IMG/VR virus record: IMGVR_UViG_3300033121_002345
Direction: 5' to 3' (one strand)
Length of the DNA: 64,000 nucleotides
Source of the DNA: an uncultured virus (IMG/VR IMGVR_UViG_3300033121_002345)
Taxonomy: Duplodnaviria; Heunggongvirae; Uroviricota; Caudoviricetes
Under the pieces are notes generated by a model. It made no database searches, had not been told where the DNA came from, and saw only the letters and a program-made list of their open reading frames with translations. Below are positions 42,431 to 51,196 of the stretch, piece after piece. The position numbers and the translations under genes were made by a program. Numbering within the stretch: the stretch's first letter is position 1; every line of letters begins with the position of its first letter.

Positions 42431-43984
42431 TTACTCCAACTCGCCGATAACGATCACTTCTCGAACCGAGTTTTCCTGAATGATATCGCGCAAGTCGGCG
42501 TTGATCTTCAGGCGGAACTGGAAGTAGTCGGAAGCAGGTACACTGTCCGTTTGGCTGAGAATCTGCCAAGCGCCGGTCGAAGACGTACGGAACTCCATCT
42601 GAATCTTCGAGGACGCAATCGTGCCCTTCACAAGATATCCGTGGAGCGACACAGGAACCGTGTACTCGGTAGCAGTGAAGATGACGACGTTCTCACCCTC
42701 GTACGAATTCTCCCCAACACGAACCAACCTGTTGTTGGTTGCGTCGTTGAAGAGAACGAGGTTCACGAGAACTCCGTCAACCGTCAGAACGTCAGCGCCT
42801 ACAGCCTGCACCTGCCCAGTAAGGGGAGCGAAGAAAGGCGCATTCTGATTGGTGGCGTTCTCGTCCTGACCGAAGTACCCGAAGGTGTACAGGTGCTTCA
42901 TCGTAACGAGGTCGAATACCTCAACGCCAGGAGAGTTCGTAAGATAGAGGCGACGGCGACCCACATCCACGTGGATCTTGCTTGCGGCGTTGACAGCGAA
43001 GGTGCGACCACGGAACTCGATGTAGCCCTTGAGAAAGCGGTTGCTTGTCAATCCAGTAACGGAGAGAGCGCCGATCTCAAACGGACGTGCCAAGTTGGTG
43101 GAGTCTGCCGAGAGAATCCAAAGGGCCCCAAGCGTATCGTCGTAGAACAAGCCGGTGGGTAGAATCACCTGGCCTTGGTGGAGAGAACCACCGTTGTTGA
43201 CAGCTACGTACTGACCGAAGACCGGTGTTGCAGGAACCGTCAGGTTAAAAGACGCTACGAATCCCGGGTCCGTGGCAGCAGGAGGCGTGGAGACACCCCC
43301 ACACGCAATATAGAGAGTGGAGGTCGCTGCGTCGAAAGCCAAATCCATCGGCGTGTCCAGAGCGTTTGCCGAGGGAAGACCAGGAGCGCCTGCCGTTCCG
43401 AACGTGCCAACTTGAGTGAACGTTGCAGTGTCGAAAATTCGAAGCATGTGCTCCGAACAGACGATAGCAATGTACTCGACGCTGGAGACCGTGAATACGA
43501 TTGCAGCCGTAGGTGTACCGTAACCGCCAGCAAGTACCTCATCAAACCCAGGCACTGCGCCAATGATTTGGCCGTATTCGTTGAGGTAGAACACGCCAGC
43601 GTTGGAATCGGTGACGTAGTAACGACGTCCGTCGGCAAGAGTCCCGTAGGGAATCGTAGTCACGGTTCCCAGAGCATCGTCGGAACGCTGCCAGATCTTC
43701 TTGACGTTGGAGATGTTGGCTTCCAGGTATCCCTGAACGATCTTGTCGGAGCCCTTAGGCTCGAAGCGAATCTCGCGCCGGTTTTCATCCGAGACCAAGA
43801 GTCCGGAAGCCGAAGCTACGTTCGTGGTGTTGAGTCGGATGTTGAAGTCAGGCGTCAACGCACTGATGTGGTCCGTGATTGCCTGCGCGTAGCTGGCGTT
43901 GGACAACACGACGTTCTGCCCGACGACCAGCGAGTTGCCGACTGTCAGTTGCAGGAACTGCTTGAAAGTGTCGAAGAGGACCAT
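42431..43984 (-). CDS. beta-propeller (NHL/YVTN-like) structural protein
   Basis: start ATG 43984; repeated blade-like motifs ('YYVTDS', 'TPMDLAFD..TLYIA', 'PTGLFYD', 'IHVD..RRRLYL', 'DATNNRLV'). Confidence 0.65.
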   Translation of the reverse strand: MVLFDTFKQFLQLTVGNSLVVGQNVVLSNASYAQAITDHISALTPDFNIRLNTTNVASASGLLVSDENRREIRFEPKGSDKIVQGYLEANISNVKKIWQRSDDALGTVTTIPYGTLADGRRYYVTDSNAGVFYLNEYGQIIGAVPGFDEVLAGGYGTPTAAIVFTVSSVEYIAIVCSEHMLRIFDTATFTQVGTFGTAGAPGLPSANALDTPMDLAFDAATSTLYIACGGVSTPPAATDPGFVASFNLTVPATPVFGQYVAVNNGGSLHQGQVILPTGLFYDDTLGALWILSADSTNLARPFEIGALSVTGLTSNRFLKGYIEFRGRTFAVNAASKIHVDVGRRRLYLTNSPGVEVFDLVTMKHLYTFGYFGQDENATNQNAPFFAPLTGQVQAVGADVLTVDGVLVNLVLFNDATNNRLVRVGENSYEGENVVIFTATEYTVPVSLHGYLVKGTIASSKIQMEFRTSSTGAWQILSQTDSVPASDYFQFRLKINADLRDIIQENSVREVIVIGELE

Positions 43985-43997
43985 CTCGAACCTTCCC

Positions 43998-44570
43998 TCA
44001 CAGGGCAATAATAATGCGGTACGAGACTACGTGGTTCAGCGTCTTGACGTTTAGTGGCTGGTGAGCAATCGCAAACGTGAACTGTGTCCCGATTTCAAAT
44101 GGGAACGGGGAGTTCAGAATCGTCGCAACTAGTGCGATTTCGCCGATTCCGGCTGCCAGTTCATCCCTGGAAATCCGCGCTACGAAACTCTTCGCAGTGC
44201 CATCCAGGGTTGCAGTCTCGACAAGGTCGATGGTGTCCCTGAACACCTCAGAGATAAGACCCGTAGCCGTGGGGTCTACCGCGATAGCTGACAAGGGATT
44301 TGCAGGGTCGTATCCGGAGGTGCCCACCGCGTAGTGGGTGATTCGAATCGAGGTTCCGTCCGTCAGGGATCGGGCTAGGAATTGACGAGCCAGGTCCGTA
44401 ACGGTCGCTACAACCCGAGAAACGGACCCACCAGGCCCAACTGTCCCGCTGACGGAGAGGCCGATACAACCCGCCTCAGGCGGCCAATGCGCTGCAAAGG
44501 CAGCGTCGAGGACGTACCCAGCTCCGACAAACGGAGAAGACGAAGAGAAGTCTGACGAGAAACTGGTCAT
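43998..44570 (-). CDS. tail-collar/baseplate fibre-attachment protein (paralog of 56321..56797)
   Basis: 'VT..ARQFLA...G....ITHYAVG' ... 'IGEIAL' ... 'FAIAHQPL.VKT' pattern. Confidence 0.6.
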   Translation of the reverse strand: MTSFSSDFSSSSPFVGAGYVLDAAFAAHWPPEAGCIGLSVSGTVGPGGSVSRVVATVTDLARQFLARSLTDGTSIRITHYAVGTSGYDPANPLSAIAVDPTATGLISEVFRDTIDLVETATLDGTAKSFVARISRDELAAGIGEIALVATILNSPFPFEIGTQFTFAIAHQPLNVKTLNHVVSYRIIIAL

Positions 44571-44962
44571 CCGGTCACGTCTTCAGGGTCAAAGTCGTCG
44601 TACACCTGGTAGATCAACTCGTGGAGCGGGCCACCAATTGAACATTCGGGAACCGACTCGGCGTCCAGAATGTGGAGCAGACAACACCAAAATACGTCGT
44701 CGTAACGTGTCTTCCTAGGCACCTTGGAGACGATGTTCTCCTTCACGTAGGAGCCTAAGGCTGGGCGCGAATCCTGACGCGGCGGAGCGGAAGCTACGTG
44801 GTGAGCGATCTTCTGGGCCAGTTCTAGCTGGGGCCACGCATTTCGCCGAGCAAGCTCGTAGACACGATGGATGCCCGTCGCCTGGTCAATAGCCGACGCG
44901 TAGAACTGCCGACGACGCAGCAATTCTTCCGGATCTGCTAGTGCATGACGACGGTTGCTCAC
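44567..44962 (-). CDS. hypothetical protein
   Basis: 131 aa with overlapping start/stop codons on both sides. Confidence 0.6.
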   Translation of the reverse strand: MSNRRHALADPEELLRRRQFYASAIDQATGIHRVYELARRNAWPQLELAQKIAHHVASAPPRQDSRPALGSYVKENIVSKVPRKTRYDDVFWCCLLHILDAESVPECSIGGPLHELIYQVYDDFDPEDVTG

Positions 44963-46080
44963 GGAAGCGGGGCCTTGCCGTTCCAGGAAGCCCCGATTCC
45001 ATTTCCCAAAACGTAGCTGCTGTTGCCGTTGATCGGGGTTCGGTTAGTTACAGAATCATTGAGGATTCTGACGCCTGGAAGGCGGCCACGCCACGCCTGG
45101 TCAGGTGCTCTCATGAACACCACAGCGTCGTAGTCATCGGTCTGAACCGACCGGGGGTTGATAGCTGCAGCAGCGACGGTCAACATGTCTACGCCCGTCG
45201 AGAGCAGCCGCTTCTGGGCTACGTAGATCGGCACCACAGTGGAGGTATCGTCTAGCACTTCGCCCACGACGAAATTTGTGGCGACTGTAGTGTCTCGGCC
45301 GAGGTTGTTGGCCGGACCGGGGCTGGTCACGCTCCCGAAGATCGCAGAGTACGCCAAGTCCTTGGGCACTCCGATTTCGGCCGGGGAATGGAAGGGGGTC
45401 ATCGACCCGAACCAGATGGCGTTCCGGTTTGCAGCAGCGCCACCAGGGGCCGCCTCGTTCCAAACGAACACGTACCCAATCTGGGAATCAGCCACACAGA
45501 AGGTCCGTGACATCGAAATAGGGAACCAATGCGTGGCAGAAACGGGCAGAAGCCACGTGCCAGAACCGACGTCCCAGCCGCCAGTGAAGCCAAACTCGAA
45601 GGAGTTGGCAGCCGGAGCAGCGTTGACAACCAAGCGCATCTGCCACTGGGGCCCGGAGGTGACGGGCGTCTGAATGACGAAGAAGTCACCGTTCGCTGGA
45701 GGTGCCGCAGTGTCGAACACGATGTATTCGACGTCAGAGGAGCTGATGTCGAGCACCGCAGTGGTGTCGAGGTTCACACGGGTCGGTGAGATCAGCGCAG
45801 TGATCTGTGCGATGGTGCAATTCGTCGGGTTTGCAGCATCGCGAATTGCGATGTGCTTGCCCACGAAGGTACCATCGAAGACGGGGTTCGCGTCGTAGAA
45901 TGCGGCTGGAGTCGATGAGTTGATTACACCCGTCGAGCTAGAGAAGGTGACAGGAGTCCAGTTGGCTCCAGAGGCCTCGACAAGCGTGTACTGATTCACA
46001 AATGTGAGCCAGTGGTACAGGATGTGCGCCTGTACGAAGCGAGTCGACGTGGGGGTATTCTGAAGATGCTTCGCGACCAT
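44959..46080 (-). CDS. virion structural protein (paralog of 50118..51182)
   Basis: 373 aa; shares 'P.WQ.RLVVN', 'GGW' and 'LGNG....W.G' with 50118..51182. Confidence 0.6.
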   Translation of the reverse strand: MVAKHLQNTPTSTRFVQAHILYHWLTFVNQYTLVEASGANWTPVTFSSSTGVINSSTPAAFYDANPVFDGTFVGKHIAIRDAANPTNCTIAQITALISPTRVNLDTTAVLDISSSDVEYIVFDTAAPPANGDFFVIQTPVTSGPQWQMRLVVNAAPAANSFEFGFTGGWDVGSGTWLLPVSATHWFPISMSRTFCVADSQIGYVFVWNEAAPGGAAANRNAIWFGSMTPFHSPAEIGVPKDLAYSAIFGSVTSPGPANNLGRDTTVATNFVVGEVLDDTSTVVPIYVAQKRLLSTGVDMLTVAAAAINPRSVQTDDYDAVVFMRAPDQAWRGRLPGVRILNDSVTNRTPINGNSSYVLGNGIGASWNGKAPLP

Positions 46081-46097
46081 GACCAGCCTTTACGTAA

Positions 46098-47108
46098 TCA
46101 GGTCTCGGGAACTTCTTCCTGGTCAGGAGCTTGTTCTTGCGGAGCCTGTGTTTTCTTCTGAAGTTCGCGGAGGTTCTTGTTGATTTCGGCCCGTTGAGCC
46201 TTGTTCAACGCCACGGACTGGATGACGATTGTGTTGGTAGCGGTGATCGTCGCCATCAGGGACTTTGCGGCGATGTAAGTACCAGGCTGCAGGGCCTCGC
46301 GCGAAGCAGTTGCAATGGTATTCAGGGTCTGAGCCAGAACCACAGCCTTGAGGGACGAGGCCTGAATCAGGCTGAAAGTCCGGTCCGTGGAGTACTTCAA
46401 GCAGTTCGTCAATTCGTCTGTGTAGCGAGCGATAGAAACGCGAGAGGCGTTGATCAGGCCTTCGTGCTGACCCGTGTAGCTTCGGAACTCCTCGATGTCC
46501 TTCACGGAGCCCTGAGGCTTCGTGCGACGCTGCTGATTCTTGACGTTTTGGTCCGTCTTGCGCTGAACCTGATCCTTGCCTTGAGAGGGCTTGATCTCGT
46601 TCTCCATGCCTGTGATGGCGTCTTCAAGCTCCGGGTCGAACTCCTCCGGATCGCCCTCCTCCAGAGAGTCCTCCGACTCCTGAGGAGTCGCCTGGCGCAA
46701 AAGGGCATTCGAGTATGCGACGATCGCCCGGAAGATCACGGAGAATGAGGTCAGCGCCATGCGGGACAGCGCGTTGATCTCGTCTTCGGTCTTCTTCTTT
46801 TGCTGCATGTAGGGAACGACCTTGTAGACCGTTCGCCAGAACAAGCGCTTGTACGCCTTATCGCGGTAGCTCGAAGGAACACGATCCTGGATGATCTTTT
46901 CGAGCTGGTCCTGGGAGGGCGTTGTTGAGACCAGGCTTTCAGCGACGCGGTCGTAGTTCCTAAGCGTCCGCTCCAGGTCGTCTGAGGCCGACTTCAGCTT
47001 GCGGAGTAGAGGCGTCTCCATCGTGCCTGTCTGACGAACGGCGGCGCCAAGCGATCGAGAAATGTCGACGCTCAACTTCTTCGGCAAACGGGCAGACACA
47101 TCGGCCAT
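46098..47108 (-). CDS. hypothetical helical protein
   Basis: 336-aa ORF in the operon. Confidence 0.7.
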   Translation of the reverse strand: MADVSARLPKKLSVDISRSLGAAVRQTGTMETPLLRKLKSASDDLERTLRNYDRVAESLVSTTPSQDQLEKIIQDRVPSSYRDKAYKRLFWRTVYKVVPYMQQKKKTEDEINALSRMALTSFSVIFRAIVAYSNALLRQATPQESEDSLEEGDPEEFDPELEDAITGMENEIKPSQGKDQVQRKTDQNVKNQQRRTKPQGSVKDIEEFRSYTGQHEGLINASRVSIARYTDELTNCLKYSTDRTFSLIQASSLKAVVLAQTLNTIATASREALQPGTYIAAKSLMATITATNTIVIQSVALNKAQRAEINKNLRELQKKTQAPQEQAPDQEEVPET

Positions 47109-47564
47109 TCACGCCAGCTTCCAGCTACGAACCACAGGGGAATTCTTCGAACGGGTGAAGCGGAATTGCGCGCACTCGTTCTCGAACATCTCGAAGGCCT
47201 TACGAAAGACCTCGCTGACTGGAGACTCCAAGGCCGGCTCGGGAATGAGCAGCTTGTCCGTAGAGTCATCCCGCTCACGACGAGGATCCAATCGACGCGG
47301 AGGCACGACTTCTTCAATCGTCACGGCAGCGGACATAGCAGGAGCAGGGTCAGTGGGAGTATCCGAGACCGTTACCCCGTCGTCAAAGACCGGACGAAGC
47401 ATCTGCTGCGACTGGCGCGAAATGCTTCGAACCTTACGCAAGGTGTCGTTGATACGACGAACCTGCTGAGTGGCAAGTTCCCGGTTCTCTTTTTCGAGAG
47501 CCAGACCGTCAACCTCTTCCAGGGCGGCAGCACTATCTCTCTCGCTCATTTCCGGATACTCCAT
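47109..47564 (-). CDS. hypothetical protein
   Basis: 151-aa ORF immediately downstream of the holin-like gene. Confidence 0.6.
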   Translation of the reverse strand: MEYPEMSERDSAAALEEVDGLALEKENRELATQQVRRINDTLRKVRSISRQSQQMLRPVFDDGVTVSDTPTDPAPAMSAAVTIEEVVPPRRLDPRRERDDSTDKLLIPEPALESPVSEVFRKAFEMFENECAQFRFTRSKNSPVVRSWKLA

Positions 47565-47842
47565 AGTCTTTCGGCCAGGTCGTGAGCCTGATCGACAGCA
47601 GCTACGACGCTGTTGCCGTAATTCTGAAGCATCACTGAGACTTCCTTCTCGCGCTCTGCATGTGCCTTGCGCACTTCGTCCAAAGCCTTCGCATGATTCT
47701 CCAGGATCTCCTGGATCTTCTTGTTCAGCTCATCCTTGTCCTTCTTGGAGTCTTCTTTTTCCTTCGTGTACGCAAGCCAAAGAACCGCGCAGAAGATGCC
47801 AAGGGGGCCGTAGGTCAGAAGCGCTGTGATGATCTCTGCCAC
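47546..47842 (-). CDS. holin-like single-TM coiled-coil protein
   Basis: GTG 47842 with AAGGA RBS; MAEIITALLTYGPLGIFCAVLWLAY TM followed by a charged coiled coil (BhlA/UviB-like topology). Confidence 0.5.
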   Translation of the reverse strand: MAEIITALLTYGPLGIFCAVLWLAYTKEKEDSKKDKDELNKKIQEILENHAKALDEVRKAHAEREKEVSVMLQNYGNSVVAAVDQAHDLAERLWSIRK

Positions 47843-47849
47843 GGTTTCC

Positions 47850-50111
47850 TTACGCCGCCTGGGCCTCAGAACGCAGGGCGCGGTGGAGAGCGTCATCGAT
47901 CGCAAGGAACATGTGACCGTACGCCTGAATGGTTGGGGGAAGATTGGGGTACTTCTTCTTGGCCTTGAAGCTCTCCTGGATCATGCGACGGGCCGCCTCG
48001 GCAATCCGGTCAGACTGGCGGAGCAGCTCACGTTCAAGGGCCTCGTCCTGGGGGATCCCTTCCTTCACGAAAGCCATCATCTTGGGCATGCTGGTGTTCA
48101 GCAGCCGAACAGCCTGTTCGAAATCCGATTTCGGCCGACGAGCAGCCTGTTCCTGCTGCTTCATGACGCCCGACTCGGGCTTGTGAGCCAAGCCCTTGTT
48201 GAGAATGTCCTTGCGCTCTCCGACGGACTTCAGTTGGTCTTGAAGGCGAACAATGGTGTTCTGTGCCTCGCGCAGGGCATCTTTGTCGCCCTCGCGCTGA
48301 AAGCGCTCCTGAAGCTTACGAGCCAGTTCGAGCTGCTTCTTCAGGCCTTGCTCAATCTGAGCGAGCTGACCCAGAGCTGCTTGCTGCTTCTTCAGTTCCT
48401 TTGCAGGATCGCGACGAGGGCCCTCGTCTTCCTTCTGGAACTTGCGACGGTCGATCGCTTCCTGTCCGCGATCGATAAGGTCCGCTACGCCCTCCCCAAG
48501 CTGACGGCCCTTCTCCTTGGTCCAGCGGGCGGCGTCTCCGACACCCCGGCCCACGGCGCGGGAAGTGTCCATGATCTGCTGCATGTCGAGGGCCTCCTTG
48601 ACCATGCCCGCATCGACAAGAGCTGCGTGAAGCGCTCTGGCTTCATAGGCCTGGACCATGGCTGCCTTCGCCTCAGGCGTGACAACGCCATTCATCGTCG
48701 AAGCGAGGAACTCGTAGAGCGATGGTACAAGCAAGATCGCCGAGCGATGCATCGGGTTCCGGTTGTAGTTGCTCGCGAGCTTCTTAGCGTCTTGCGCACG
48801 CTTCAGGATGGCGGCGTTCGTGGTACGGATGAATTCGTCGACCTTCGGGTCCGACGGAATGTCAGGGGCCAAGAAGCTGAGGATGAAATCACCATAGTGC
48901 TGAGAAACCTGGTCGACGTACGCCAGCATCTCGTCTGCACGCCGCTTGTACTTCTGCGGCTTTGAGGCGATTTCCTTGCCCAGGTCTTCTTGCTGGACCT
49001 GCTCCTTGGACTTCTCCTTCAAACGCTCGAAGTCCTGTGCCTCAGACGGCAAATCCTTGAGAGCATCGTCCAGCTCCTGAAGACGGCGCTCTGTCTGAAC
49101 GTCGCGGAGTCGGTCCTCGTGACGGATAATCTCCTTGATCAGAGCCTTCTGCTCCTTCTCCGTCTCGTCGACTTCCTTTTGAAGGCTCTCTGCGGTCTCC
49201 TTGAGTGTGTTGACCTCGTAGCGAGAGCCTCCGATGTCAACCAGTTGTGCGATGTCCTTGTGGACTCGCATCAAGCGTTCCATCTTCTTATCCAGTACCT
49301 TCTGGACACCGAAGAGACGCTGACGCAGCTTAGAAATCTCTTCCAGCTCCTTCAGCTTCTCCGACATGAGCTGCTCAACTACTTGGTCATCCTCCGTTCC
49401 AGGGGTGACAATTGCAGCGTCGTTTGCCTCTTGCAGCTCGTCGATGAGGCCGTCTTCGGTCTTCGTGATAGCGGAGACCAGCTTGTCGAGACCTTCAATC
49501 TCGCGGCGAATTGCAGCTTCGGCCTTCTCAGCACGATCAATGTGCGACTGAATCCATTCGGACTTCTTGCGCAGCTTCTCCTGCTCGGCCGGGTCCGGAG
49601 CCGCTTCACGCTTCTCCTCAACCTCAGCCAGGCTGGCATCCAGGCTCTCAACCTGCTTGTGAGCCCGCTCCAAACGAGCCTTCGCCAAATCCATACGCTT
49701 CTTCAGGGCGTCCAGATCCTTGAGAACCTTCTCCTCCAAAGAGTCGAAAAGCTTCTCTCTGCGCTCTGCCGCCTGCTCTTGCTTCTTCTTGGTCACACCG
49801 CCATTGATGAGCTGGTGTGCGACCTCGGGCGTCATCTTCTTGATGTCGTCGGCCGAGTAGCCAAGGTCTGCCAACTGCTGGCGCATGTCCTTGGTGATGA
49901 AGAGGGGAAGCTTTACCCCGTTGGTCCCTGGCTCACTCGGGATGTCCGATACCTCAGCAAGAGGATCGTCGTTCGGTGCTTCAGCGGCTGTGCGACGAGT
50001 CGCAAGCTGCTGACGAACTTCGGCTAGACGAAGGCGCTTCCTCCGCGCTTCAGCCAAATTGGCCGAGGAAGACTGAAGGAGCACCTTGGTGTAGCGGTCC
50101 GAAAGAGCCAT
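47850..50111 (-). CDS. long coiled-coil protein
   Basis: 753 aa, E/K/Q-rich heptads; N-terminal small module 'FITKDMRQQLADLGYS..DIKKMTPEVAHQLI'. Confidence 0.75.
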   Translation of the reverse strand: MALSDRYTKVLLQSSSANLAEARRKRLRLAEVRQQLATRRTAAEAPNDDPLAEVSDIPSEPGTNGVKLPLFITKDMRQQLADLGYSADDIKKMTPEVAHQLINGGVTKKKQEQAAERREKLFDSLEEKVLKDLDALKKRMDLAKARLERAHKQVESLDASLAEVEEKREAAPDPAEQEKLRKKSEWIQSHIDRAEKAEAAIRREIEGLDKLVSAITKTEDGLIDELQEANDAAIVTPGTEDDQVVEQLMSEKLKELEEISKLRQRLFGVQKVLDKKMERLMRVHKDIAQLVDIGGSRYEVNTLKETAESLQKEVDETEKEQKALIKEIIRHEDRLRDVQTERRLQELDDALKDLPSEAQDFERLKEKSKEQVQQEDLGKEIASKPQKYKRRADEMLAYVDQVSQHYGDFILSFLAPDIPSDPKVDEFIRTTNAAILKRAQDAKKLASNYNRNPMHRSAILLVPSLYEFLASTMNGVVTPEAKAAMVQAYEARALHAALVDAGMVKEALDMQQIMDTSRAVGRGVGDAARWTKEKGRQLGEGVADLIDRGQEAIDRRKFQKEDEGPRRDPAKELKKQQAALGQLAQIEQGLKKQLELARKLQERFQREGDKDALREAQNTIVRLQDQLKSVGERKDILNKGLAHKPESGVMKQQEQAARRPKSDFEQAVRLLNTSMPKMMAFVKEGIPQDEALERELLRQSDRIAEAARRMIQESFKAKKKYPNLPPTIQAYGHMFLAIDDALHRALRSEAQAA

Positions 50112-50117
50112 GAATCC

Positions 50118-51182
50118 TCACCTGGGGAGACTACCGTCCCATTCTACAGCGAGACCGTTGCCAAGGCTTAGAATAAGCCGTCCGTTGTCAACGAAAGACC
50201 GATAGGGGATCTGATCGGAGATATAACGGAATCCGCGGATATATCCACGGTCGTCTTCCTGGAAACCTGGGATGTTGTCGCCGATCGGGATCTTCGCCGA
50301 GTCATTTCGAAGGTCGAATTGGCTGGCTGGAAGGGCCGTGAACATGTTCTGGGCCAAGGAATCTCCGTACGAAAGGGCAGAATAAGCCACATTCGTAGAC
50401 AGAGCATCGTCGAGACAGTTCACGGTGGCGAGCGCTCCGCCTGGGCCCAAGACTGGGGTCCCGGCGAAGGAGCAGATGAACCGGTCATCCTCTGCAGGGC
50501 GACGAGGATCACCGCCGCCGAAATACGCGAAGCGGAAGACGGCAGTACCCGCCGTAGTCTGAGTCCAAAGACGAACGTGAGTGTCGTCGATCAAGATGTA
50601 CCAGGTCTGAGTGGCGTCCGCCTGAAGGGAGACCGTGTTCAAACGAGGAACGGTCCAACCCGCCGACCATCCGCCCTGTGGGCTGACTTCGATGTCAATC
50701 GTGTCGGTGATGCCGATGTTCACCACGAGGCGTGCCTGCCACAAAGGCGTGGCGGAGCCCGCGATGCCTTGGACGACGTAGTAGTTGGTGCCGAGCGCGT
50801 TCAACGTCGGGTCCACTACACGAAACTGGACGTTGATGTCGTCAATGAAAGACGCTCCGTAGATTCCGCCCTCCAGAACAACTTCGCCGGGAGTGGGTAC
50901 GCCGACGATGCGGTACACGCCGTTGTTGACGAATTCAGATCCGTAGACAGTCAGCCACTTTCCGACGTGACCGGGGAGGAAAGGGTTCGCCGTGCTACGG
51001 AACCGATTTGGCTGGGATGTGCTAACTTCCCCGTCGACACCGGAGGTCAGAGGTGCCTCGAAGATTCCAAGCGGGTTTGCTTCAACGTTGGTCCACCCGC
51101 AGGCGTAAATCAACAGCTCCCGAAGCAGAACGTGGATCGTTCGTGCGGGCTGGGTAACTCGCTTGAGAATCTTAGTCGGCAT
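50118..51182 (-). CDS. virion structural protein (paralog of 44959..46080)
   Basis: 354 aa, GAGG RBS; shared motifs with 44959..46080. Confidence 0.6.
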   Translation of the reverse strand: MPTKILKRVTQPARTIHVLLRELLIYACGWTNVEANPLGIFEAPLTSGVDGEVSTSQPNRFRSTANPFLPGHVGKWLTVYGSEFVNNGVYRIVGVPTPGEVVLEGGIYGASFIDDINVQFRVVDPTLNALGTNYYVVQGIAGSATPLWQARLVVNIGITDTIDIEVSPQGGWSAGWTVPRLNTVSLQADATQTWYILIDDTHVRLWTQTTAGTAVFRFAYFGGGDPRRPAEDDRFICSFAGTPVLGPGGALATVNCLDDALSTNVAYSALSYGDSLAQNMFTALPASQFDLRNDSAKIPIGDNIPGFQEDDRGYIRGFRYISDQIPYRSFVDNGRLILSLGNGLAVEWDGSLPR

Positions 51183-51196
51183 CAGGTGACCTCAAA

